From: an uncultured Chloroflexia bacterium
GTDB lineage: Bacteria; Chloroflexota; Dehalococcoidia; DSTF01; JALHUB01
Direction: 5' to 3'
DNA length: 64,000 bases
Assembly: GCA_963703345.1 (NCBI GenBank)
Contig: OY969814.1
Span: forward strand, 992,001-1,056,000
Part shown: piece by piece, positions 42,509 through 50,914 of the stretch
Numbering within the stretch: the stretch's first letter is position 1
Layout of the letters: each line of letters opens with the position of its first letter
The notes under the pieces: model-generated
Databases searched by the model: none
Told to the model about the DNA's origin: nothing
Seen by the model: the letters and a program-made list of their open reading frames with translations, nothing else
Program-made: the position numbers and the translations under genes

Positions 42509-42553
42509 ATGGGGTTCAGGAGGTCGTGGGTTCGAATCCCACCGCCCCGACCA
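42509..42553 (+). repeat. tRNA-Pro 3' half (att repeat 3)
   Basis: 45 bp identical to 24632-24676. Confidence 0.95.
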
Positions 42554-42998
42554 GAATGAAATCAGAGGGTCGCTTTCGAAGCTGGAGAAAAGGCAGCGCG
42601 GCTCTTTTTAGGTGGACGCACCAACGCCTAACGAGTGGGTTCAGGAGGTCGGTCTGGCAAAGGCGACCTCCTGAATGGTATCGGACCAGATCACATTACG
42701 TCACACCTGCTCACAGCTTGTCTCGCGCCTGAACACCAGAGAAGCGCGATAAGGTGTCAGGCGATAGTAAGAGTTGCTACTTGCCCACCCTCATCCGCCC
42801 CTGCAGTTGACCTCGGTTGTCTCTCTGGCCTCGGTGGGTCGCTTGTGTGGTGGCCCTCTTCTTGTCGCAGTCCTCCAACGAGGACTAGCCCATTTCCACC
42901 TCAGGGGGCAAACCCGGCGCCTCCCCCACCGGGGTGACACGAACCGCTTTACGTCTCAAGCGGCCGAGAGATAGGCTGGCGATTGCTTATCAAGAGAG

Positions 42999-44663
42999 AT
43001 GATGGACACCTCAGGCACACAGTCGCAGTGCGCCGCCCGGTACTACCTTGTGAGCGAACAGAGAACGAGCCTCAGAAACCACAGAGGCCTCCTGCGCCTT
43101 CGAGGGCGAGGCCGCCTGCTGTCGTTGCTCGAGATGCCGGCCATCCTCACCCGACTGAACGTCGCGCCCGATGGACGCTTCGTTCCCGAGATGCAGGATT
43201 GGGAGTCTTTCTGGGCACCGGCGCATGAGCTAGCCAACCCGCAGATCGATCACGTCCTGGAGAGGCTTCACGCTTCCTGGCAGGACTACATCCGATCTCG
43301 CTTCGACCGATCGCTGCAGCGGGAGTACTGCCTCTGGTACTTCTCCCTCCTGGATCTCATCTTGGCGACGCCCGTTGGCCGGCGGGATTCCCTCCCCTGG
43401 CAGCGGGCGCTACGGGCCGTCGTGGGCTTCGAGTGTTTCGGCATAAGGGCACCAGCCCTCGGCGCGGAGGCTCTGGCTGCGGGCACGATGACCCTTCGCA
43501 ACCCCTGTTACGTCCTTGCCAAGCTCAGATGGCCGGACGCCTTGGACGATACCCAGTTCCTTCCCCTCATCGGCCCACCACACGGCAAGCCTGCCAGCCT
43601 CTACTACCACTACCGGCAGTACCGGCTCTCAAAGGATTCACCTATGTCGCTTCTTCTGTATGTGGCGGCCGCTCCCACGCATCGCTTGACGAGCTTCAGA
43701 CTCGTTGAGTCGTTGGCGCGGGGCGTCAGTTCAGGCGGCGATCCTCGCACTGGGCAGCGGGCGCGACGCCTGTGGGAGAAGGTTCTCAGGCCGATCGTCC
43801 AAACTGCCCGCACCGATGCAACGACAGCAATGCCCGTTGAGTTAGTTGACGTCGGCGCGGGCAGTGGCGCCCTGACCGCTGCTCTCTGCCATAGGCTCCT
43901 GGCCTGGGGCGTGGCAAACGGACTCTTGCCTCGGCTTCGCGTATGGTTTGTGGACTTGTGCCTCTCCGACCCGGCGCGGTTCTTTCGGGCCGCTGGCCTG
44001 AGAAACCGCATCGACAGTCTGACGTTCCTGGGCGACGACTATCGCCGTTGGCTGGCGCGGCCGGGGCCGCTGCCCGAATCCTCAGGTATTCGAGTGGCGC
44101 TAATCTCGAAGCTCTTCAACAACTTGAGCCGTTTCTCAGTTTGCCGTTGTCGCACAGATGTGCTATCCTCCTCGTCAACTGGCACACCGTTCATCGACGG
44201 GCGAAGGCACCTGCCGTCTTTCTGTTTGGCGCCCGACGGTGCGGGTCCGGAGGCTCTCGTGATCTCCACTTCACGCCTTGGCTTGGCTGAGGGCCGGACC
44301 TTTGCCCAAGCCTCACTCTCAGACTACTACCGTGCGCTCCAGCTGGCGCTCGCGGACGGCAAAGAGGAGGAGGTATCGGAGGACGGAGCCTGGCTGCCAC
44401 TGAGGGCCCTCGATCCTGGATGCCTCATCGCCGCCGACGGGACGAGTGTACTCGCGCGGCTCTTGGAGCACTGCGACTACCTCATCGTTGAGGACGCCGA
44501 TCTGAGGCCGAAGGACATCGTCAAACACCTGCGAGCGTTCTCGCTGGATGGGCTGGCCGCCCTTGACATGACCAAGACGCTGGGCCTCATCGGGAACCAC
44601 GCATACCTACTCTCAAGCAAGGGTGAAAAGAAGACTTCACTACCGGGGGAGCGAATATGGTAG
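42999..44663 (+). CDS. Uncharacterised protein with a class I SAM-dependent methyltransferase-like motif
   Basis: ELVDVGAGSG motif I and later VWFVD; N-terminal half unrecognised. Confidence 0.55.
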   Translation: MMDTSGTQSQCAARYYLVSEQRTSLRNHRGLLRLRGRGRLLSLLEMPAILTRLNVAPDGRFVPEMQDWESFWAPAHELANPQIDHVLERLHASWQDYIRSRFDRSLQREYCLWYFSLLDLILATPVGRRDSLPWQRALRAVVGFECFGIRAPALGAEALAAGTMTLRNPCYVLAKLRWPDALDDTQFLPLIGPPHGKPASLYYHYRQYRLSKDSPMSLLLYVAAAPTHRLTSFRLVESLARGVSSGGDPRTGQRARRLWEKVLRPIVQTARTDATTAMPVELVDVGAGSGALTAALCHRLLAWGVANGLLPRLRVWFVDLCLSDPARFFRAAGLRNRIDSLTFLGDDYRRWLARPGPLPESSGIRVALISKLFNNLSRFSVCRCRTDVLSSSSTGTPFIDGRRHLPSFCLAPDGAGPEALVISTSRLGLAEGRTFAQASLSDYYRALQLALADGKEEEVSEDGAWLPLRALDPGCLIAADGTSVLARLLEHCDYLIVEDADLRPKDIVKHLRAFSLDGLAALDMTKTLGLIGNHAYLLSSKGEKKTSLPGERIW

Positions 44664-45628
44664 ACGTCATCAGGGCGGGCCGCAGGTCGGCGGTCCTGAC
44701 GCCGTCCGACCTCCCTTGCCTCTCGACGATCCCAACCATCAACCTCACCGCCGGCTGTCTCCACGGCTGCGCCTACTGCTACATCCGCGGCTACAGCACG
44801 TTCCCCGGCGAGGGTCGGGTGGTCCTGTACGAGAACACGCTGGAGAAGCTCCAGCATGAACTTGTGCGACGGCGGGCGAAACCGCGTGCGGTCTACTTCA
44901 GCCCCTCCAGCGACCCCTTCCAGCCAGCACCGGAGGTTCTCGAGCTCGCCCGGGCGGTGCTTGCGTTTCTGCTCAGGGAGGGGATCGGCGTTGCCTTCTT
45001 GACCAAGGGCCGCATTCCCGACAATATAATGCGGCTTCTCGTCGAGCACGCCGAGTTGGTGCGGGCCCAGGTCGGCATCACCACCTTGGACGACGCTGTC
45101 TCGCGGGCGTTCGAGCCCAACTCCGCCAGCCCCGAACAACGCCTGGCGCAGATGCAGGCGCTCATCGCCGCCAACGTGCCGACGGAGGCGCGGCTCGACC
45201 CTGTCCTGCCGGGTCTGACGGACGACCCGCGGTCGATGGATCGCCTCTTCGCCGCCCTGACCCGGATCGGCGTCAGGCGGGCGGCGGCGAGCGTGCTCTT
45301 CCTCAGACCGGCCATCGTGCAATCTCTTCGATGGAACGTGCCCGACAAGGAGATGCTGGCGCGGCTCCTCAGCGCCTACCAGGGGAGCGAGCGTATAGGG
45401 CTCCGCGGCACCGGATCACACGTCCAGACGCTGCCGTCCGCGGTCAGAGGCGAACTCTTCGCGCGGATGCGGGAGATAGCGTTGGCGCACAGCATCGAGT
45501 TGAGTATCTGCGCCTGCAAGAACCCTGACCTGGCGAGCGGCTCCTGCAATATCGCCGGCAGATGGCCCAAGCAGGAGGCCTGGTCCGTTCAGCCTGTCCT
45601 TGCAGGTGAGTTTGCCAGCAGGCAGTGA
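44657..45628 (+). CDS. Radical SAM protein, spore-photoproduct-lyase-like family
   Basis: GCLHGCAYCY, SDPFQP, FLTKG, FEP, C-terminal CACKN; overlaps the upstream gene. Confidence 0.85.
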   Translation: MVDVIRAGRRSAVLTPSDLPCLSTIPTINLTAGCLHGCAYCYIRGYSTFPGEGRVVLYENTLEKLQHELVRRRAKPRAVYFSPSSDPFQPAPEVLELARAVLAFLLREGIGVAFLTKGRIPDNIMRLLVEHAELVRAQVGITTLDDAVSRAFEPNSASPEQRLAQMQALIAANVPTEARLDPVLPGLTDDPRSMDRLFAALTRIGVRRAAASVLFLRPAIVQSLRWNVPDKEMLARLLSAYQGSERIGLRGTGSHVQTLPSAVRGELFARMREIALAHSIELSICACKNPDLASGSCNIAGRWPKQEAWSVQPVLAGEFASRQ

Positions 45629-45640
45629 AAAGGTGAACGC

Positions 45641-46274
45641 ATGCTTCAGGATATCCCTATTGATAGCCTTGTCGCCCATCCTGACAACAGCAACCACATG
45701 AGCACCGAGATGCTCAAGAAGCTGCGTCGGCATATCGAACGGACGGGAAGATACGAGCCGCTGACTGTCCGCCCGCACCCGAGCGCGGAGGACAAGTATG
45801 AGGTTCTCAACGGTCACAACCGGCTGCGCGTCCTTCGGGCTATCGGACGAAACTCGGCGTGCTGTGTCGTGTGGGATGTCGACGACTCCCAGGCCAGGCT
45901 CTATCTCGCCACACTCAACCGCCTCGCCGGCAGCGATACTCCGGAACGGCGGGCGGCTCTTCTGGAGAACCTTCTAGGCACCTTCGATATGACGGAGCTT
46001 TTGGGGGTTGCTCCCTGATAGTCAACGCCAAATCGAGGAGCTCCAGCGGCTGTCACGCCTGGACACAGAAGAACTCATCTCTTCCGGCATGACTGACAGA
46101 GACGAATCTGGCGTGCCCGTTATCCTAGACTTCGTTCTGGAGGAGTCCGAGGCCAAGGAAGTGAACCTCGCCCTGGACATGGTCCGAGCCCCTGAAGGAC
46201 AGAGCATCTCCAGCGGCCAGGCGCTTGTCCGGCTCGCACGCTTCTATCTCGCTGGCTGCAAGCCAAGCTGCTGA
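45641..46274 (+). pseudogene. ParB/Sulfiredoxin N-domain protein split by a frameshift
   Basis: HPDNSN, EPLTVR, YEVLNGHNR. Dropping one G from G5 at 46003-46007 joins it to LLPDSQRQIEEL. Confidence 0.75.
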
Positions 46275-46317
46275 GAGTAGGCCGCCGCTCCATGCTCCCA
46301 ATCTGAGGCAGGCTTCT

Positions 46318-46716
46318 ATGGGGAACGACCACTTTTCAGAGCTGCTGCGGCACTTCAAGCGGAGTGAGGCTCCCGAGGCCGTCCTCCTCGTAGCCGACGA
46401 CCCAACGCTTACCAAGATCGTCGTGGCATGGAACAATCTTGACCTACGGCCGGGCAAGAAGCCTAGGCGATCCCCCGGAGAGTCGGAGCATGACCAGTGG
46501 GACTGGCTCTGGGCCAACGTCAGCTATTCCCTCGAGGACTTGGCCGAGAGAAGCGGTCTCACTGTCGCTCTCATCGAGCGGAAGCTTAAGCCGCTCATCG
46601 GGAACCGCATTCTGTATCCCGACGGTTCTGTGAACTCGTTCGTGCAGCGGTATCTGCGGGAACGGGTACTCAAGCTGTTCGATGCGAAACCGAGGAAGCC
46701 GGCCAAAACCGGTTGA
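46318..46716 (+). CDS. Hypothetical protein, possible winged HTH
   Basis: 132 aa; SLEDLAERSGLTVALIERKLKPL resembles an HTH. Confidence 0.6.
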   Translation: MGNDHFSELLRHFKRSEAPEAVLLVADDPTLTKIVVAWNNLDLRPGKKPRRSPGESEHDQWDWLWANVSYSLEDLAERSGLTVALIERKLKPLIGNRILYPDGSVNSFVQRYLRERVLKLFDAKPRKPAKTG

Positions 46717-46968
46717 CACTCTTCACAACGGCCGCAGGCGCCATTCCGCCAGCGCAGTACCTACGGCTGTTTGCTCGATCCGCTGTGTCTGACCTACAAG
46801 CACATGCGGCCGGAGGACTCAGCCCATCTCATTAGTCTACGCCACCCTCGCCACAATCCGTGGCTGGCCGACTAACCGCCCCGCCGCGGATTTGCGGGTC
46901 ACACCAGGAATACAGGCGGCGGGGGCAGCTACGGACAGCGTTTTGCCTCCACACCTCTGGCGCCCCAC

Positions 46969-47015
46969 TTGCATGTCATCGGAATGTCAAATATAGTTTG
47001 ACCTATGAGTGACAT
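46969..47015 (+). promoter_or_regulatory. Promoter with overlapping inverted-repeat operator for the abiE pair
   Basis: TTGCAT-N17-TATAGT. TGTCA/TGAC half-sites flank the -10. ATG is 7 nt after the -10 (leaderless). Confidence 0.6.
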
Positions 47016-47643
47016 CAATGCCGCATCGCGCACCCGCCGACCTGCTTCCCAACCGGATCGCGCCCGACTCTTCGATATCGCTTCAGAGCAGGGTGGCTAC
47101 TTCACGGCTGAGCAAGCCCGGGTTTCTGGTTTTAGCCGATCACTTGTCTCGCATCACGTGAAGAGCGGCCGGTTCATCAGAGTACGTCGGGGACTGTATC
47201 GCTTTCGTGAGTATCCGGCGTCGCCGCGTGAGCACGTGCTCGCCGCGTGGCTCGCAGTAGGGAAGGACGTAGCCGTCGTCTCGCACGAAAGCGCACTTGA
47301 CCTGCTCGACCTCAGCGACGTGATACCGGATGCGGTACACCTTACTGTTCCTCGGTCGCGGCGCAACGTCCTCACGCTCCCCGGTGTGAAGGTCCACACC
47401 ACTGCTCGATCACCAAGGTCGGAAGACGTTGTCGTGCGCGATGGTATGGCCATCACCTCGGCCACGCGCAGCATCCTCGACGCAGCCGAGATGGGGACAG
47501 CACCGGAGCAGCTTGAGATGGCTGTCATTCAGGCGATTGAGCGCGGCCTGGCCACCCCGCGACAACTGCGGCAGGATGCCGTAGCGCGCGGACGGCGAGT
47601 GGCAACACTGATCGAGGAAGCGCTTCGCAGGTTTCGGCAATGA
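47005..47643 (+). CDS. Type IV TA antitoxin, AbiEi family
   Basis: ASEQGGYFT, RVRRGLYR, VSHESAL. Confidence 0.85.
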   Translation: MSDINAASRTRRPASQPDRARLFDIASEQGGYFTAEQARVSGFSRSLVSHHVKSGRFIRVRRGLYRFREYPASPREHVLAAWLAVGKDVAVVSHESALDLLDLSDVIPDAVHLTVPRSRRNVLTLPGVKVHTTARSPRSEDVVVRDGMAITSATRSILDAAEMGTAPEQLEMAVIQAIERGLATPRQLRQDAVARGRRVATLIEEALRRFRQ

Positions 47644-48524
47644 AATACGCCACTCCCGGCGCATTCCGTAGGGCTCTCGAACAGTGACTCCTGACGATGG
47701 CCAGGGAGACAGATGTCCCACTGATGCGGCTGCGCAAGCTCGTTGTCTTCGACCGCTTGATGGCGCGCCTGGTGGTCGTGGCTCCGAACCGCTGGGTCGT
47801 CAAGGGTGCGGCGGCCCTCCTCTTTCGCCTGGGAGCCAGGTCTCGCACCACGAAAGACCTCGATCTCGGGCGCCAAGATAACGAGGAGGCGGCAACGGCC
47901 GACTTTCTTGCAGCACAGTCGCTCGATCTTGGTGACCACTTCACGTTTGCCATCGAGCGCACGAAGAAGCTGGACGCGATGCTGGAAGGTGTCGCGGTGC
48001 GGTACCACGTTGTCGCAGAGTTCGGCGGGCGCGTGTTTGAGGACGTGACGGTCGACGTCGGCTTCGGGGATCCCGTCGTCGCTGATCCAGAGCTCGTGCG
48101 CGGACCAGATCTACGGAGCTTCGCGGATATCCCTCCCGCCGAAGTGCCGGCGTTGCCTCTGGAACAGCATGTCGCCGAGAAGATTCATGCCTACACCCGG
48201 AGCTACGTCGGCGGCCGCCCGAGCACCCGTGTCAAGGACCTTCTCGACCTCGCCATGATGGGGTCGCTCTTCAGCTTCCAGGCTGGCCGCCTGCGGCGAG
48301 CCCTTGAGGCCACGTTTGCTGCTCGTGATACCCATCTGCTGCCATCTGTGCTTCCTGCGCCACCGCCCCAGTGGGGTGTTGCGTACCGAAGGACGGCTAC
48401 CGAGGTCGGTTTGGACTCTGACATGTCGATGGGGTACGAGCAGGCGGCGGCGTTTCTCAATCCGATCTTGGCGGGGACAACTCCATCTGATGCCCGATGG
48501 GATCCCGTGCAGCGTACCTGGTAG
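47640..48524 (+). pseudogene. AbiEii-family nucleotidyltransferase toxin with an early in-frame TGA
   Basis: ATGA-coupled start MKYATPGAFRRALEQ*LLTMAR with TGA at 47685-47687; KGAAAL, RTTKDLD, AEKIHA, STRVKDL. Confidence 0.8.
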
Positions 48525-48804
48525 TAGGAGGGGTCACGAGACGGCATGGAGTAGTAGGATAAGGCCTCGCCTCAGACACGAGAATGGGCCCGATAGCGCC
48601 GTCCAGGATCACACGGGAGGACTTGCGCCGAACTTCAAAACCTTGGGTATCGCTTCTTGGCCAGCGCCGCCTGCCCCTTGCACAATATGCTGAAATAGCT
48701 AGAATTAGCTCGAATTAGGTGCGGCGCGACCGCCTGAATAGGCGCCGAAGGCGGTCCGCATCGAATCTGAAAAGGCCGGTTTCGCCTCGAAACTCAGCCT
48801 CCAA

Positions 48805-48849
48805 ATGGGGTTCAGGAGGTCGTGGGTTCGAATCCCACCGCCCCGACCA
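48805..48849 (+). repeat. tRNA-Pro 3' half (att repeat 4)
   Basis: 45 bp identical to 24632-24676, followed by a terminator hairpin at 48864-48905. Confidence 0.95.
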
Positions 48850-49026
48850 GAATGAAATCAGGAGGTCGGTTTCGAGGCTAACAGCCCGCGAAACCGACCG
48901 TTTTTGCGTTCCTCCAAGGCCGCCTGTAATCAGGAGGTCGCTTCCACAAGCAGGCAGCCTCCGGAGGATCGTCTCACCACATCACACCGCGTCACACCTG
49001 CTCACAACCCGTCACAGGGCGCCCCG

Positions 49027-49091
49027 GCTCAGGCGGAGAGTTCGGTTTCCTAAACCGAAGGGCGCAGGTTCGAGTCCTGCCGGGAGTATCA
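49027..49091 (+). pseudogene. Decayed tRNA-Arg(CCT)
   Basis: TCGGT-TTCCTAA-ACCGA anticodon arm and GCAGG-TTCGAGT-CCTGC T arm; 5' acceptor strand missing. Confidence 0.7.
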
Positions 49092-49094
49092 CAC

Positions 49095-49220
49095 CCGAAT
49101 GGATTGTCGGCACACTACAGCGCCGGATCGTCGCTCTACCGGTTCTCGGTGGCCTTCACCACGAGTACGATTGGGTGGCCGCTTGAGGTACGCAGATGGA
49201 TCCAATATTGTTCCCTCACA
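49095..49220 (+). mobile_element. Internally deleted 3' end of an IS481-like element
   Basis: Encodes IVGTLQRRIVALPVLGGLHHEYDWVAA* (compare the 62535 transposase end); terminus ...CCCTCACA. Confidence 0.75.
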
Positions 49221-49326
49221 GGGTGCGGCATGAGCCGCCCGCAGCTCGGATCGGGGTCCTTCGACCCCACAACGGTCTGCGCAGGCCTTAGCGTGGATCT
49301 GAGATAAGCATGCGAACGCCCTGGAA

Positions 49327-50790
49327 TCACCCGCCCCAGCCGCCGCTGCCGGTGGAAGGCGGCAGGATTTCAGCGGAAGGCGGCGCAGACTCCGCGCGGG
49401 AAGGCAGCTGTGGCGACGGTGACTCGGGAGCCGACGAGTTTGCCCCCTCGCAACGCAGCAACACCGGTTCTTCCATGTCCCCCGCCGTCACCACGACCGG
49501 TACACCCTGAAGAACTCCCGACAGAGGAGTGACGGTCGCGACGGCCACGCCATCAACCGTCTTCGCAGTCCTCGGCATCGCAACGCCCAGTGCCTTGATG
49601 TCAAAATGCACCTCATTGCCGTTGACCACCGGATTGCCCTCGGCATCAGTGACGGCCACAGACACCGTCGAGCTGGCGGCGCCGTCACAGACAAGGTTCC
49701 CCGGTTCCAAAGCGATCTTGAGGTTCGCGGGCGGGCCTCTGACCGTAAACTGGACATGTTTGTGGCTGATTTCGGCCATCGGATCCAGTTCAAAGGGACA
49801 TTCACCGCTTTCGTAGCAGAGGCTGCCGTCCAGGCGCGCCGTTAGGGGGACGGTCCCGGCGGTGACGGTCACGCTGCCGGTCTCGTCCGTACCGCAGAGA
49901 ACGTTCGCTGTGACGATTCCCAGATTACCCATATCGAGCGTAGGCGTAGGGGAATCGGCAACGATTCCCCTACGCCGGTCATCTGTCTTCCAGTCGATAA
50001 AGGCGCCGGCCACCGCAGTGCCCTCCTTGTCGAAGGCCCGCGCGAGGATGACGGTCTTCTCGGGGAGCGGCAGCGCGTCGGCAAAGCCGCTGGTTGTGGT
50101 CTCCAAAGGACAAGTGTCGGCATCAAGCCCCGTCTGAATGGCGTTCTCCGCCGTGACGACCTCTACTCTGCGGGGCTCACCGACGACGGTGAAATCCAGA
50201 CTGGCCGTGCGATTTCCCTGGCTTACGGTGACCGTCCCCGGGCCAAGGTTCGATGTCTGAGGACATGTTCCCGCTGCCGGATTGCCGTCCGCGCAAGGCC
50301 AGAGCCAGGCAACCACGACACCGTCATCCCGTACGCCATCGCCGTCGCAGTCCTCGTCCTGGCTATCGCATACCCATTCGCGGCCCTCATCGCCCCATAG
50401 GGCCGTGCTGTCAAACATGCCCGCGCTCGTCTTGAACGTCACAGGCTCATCACTCTTCACGAATGCCAGGATGAATAGCTGTCCGTCCTTGTTGTGCATC
50501 TGGTTTGCGTCCAAGTCGATTGCCGCGAAGTCATCCGGCTTGAGAGGGGGAGCGCTATCGGGGTTCGCCAGTGCGGCGACGCTCTGGAGGCTCAGCGGGA
50601 GATTCATTGAGTAGCAGTCGAGAGGGATAGGAGTGTTGTCCTTCATAAGCAGCGCGAGGCAGATTGAGGGTGACAGCGCCAGGAGTTCGGGCGATCTAGC
50701 CGCTTCCCCTGTCCCCAGCCCGGGCAATCCTCCGAGAAAGACGGCGCCCGACACGGCCAGAGACACCGCGACACGCTTACAGAGTCTCAT
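49327..50790 (-). CDS. Secreted Cys-rich protein with invasin/Ig-like domain and PPSTG C-terminal motif
   Basis: Signal-like N-terminus, VTDAEGNPVVNG...DGVAVATVT, LPPSTGSGG end. Confidence 0.65.
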   Translation of the reverse strand: MRLCKRVAVSLAVSGAVFLGGLPGLGTGEAARSPELLALSPSICLALLMKDNTPIPLDCYSMNLPLSLQSVAALANPDSAPPLKPDDFAAIDLDANQMHNKDGQLFILAFVKSDEPVTFKTSAGMFDSTALWGDEGREWVCDSQDEDCDGDGVRDDGVVVAWLWPCADGNPAAGTCPQTSNLGPGTVTVSQGNRTASLDFTVVGEPRRVEVVTAENAIQTGLDADTCPLETTTSGFADALPLPEKTVILARAFDKEGTAVAGAFIDWKTDDRRRGIVADSPTPTLDMGNLGIVTANVLCGTDETGSVTVTAGTVPLTARLDGSLCYESGECPFELDPMAEISHKHVQFTVRGPPANLKIALEPGNLVCDGAASSTVSVAVTDAEGNPVVNGNEVHFDIKALGVAMPRTAKTVDGVAVATVTPLSGVLQGVPVVVTAGDMEEPVLLRCEGANSSAPESPSPQLPSRAESAPPSAEILPPSTGSGGWGG

Positions 50791-50914
50791 GAGACAGATC
50801 CCTTGCAAAAGCTTTCATGCCTCGCCCAGTGGCGGTCCTCCTCGTTGCTGGATGGCACGCCTCGCTCGCGGCTCGATCTTCGCCGTTCCCGGCGAGCGCG
50901 CCTAGCGGCTCGTC

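Noticed and set aside
42905-42965. c-di-GMP-I-like motif upstream of the MTase-like operon
   Set aside because: GGCAAACC and a stem are present, but the GNRA loop, GCAAA junction and closing strand are missing.
47685-47687. Selenocysteine or alternative-code TGA
   Set aside because: TGA is a normal stop elsewhere, and the position fits Arg CGA rather than Cys.
36807-48849. Additional functional tRNA genes
   Set aside because: The Pro and Gly copies lack 5' acceptor and D arms.
24677-49220. Prophage or conjugative element
   Set aside because: No structural, terminase, relaxase or T4SS genes.
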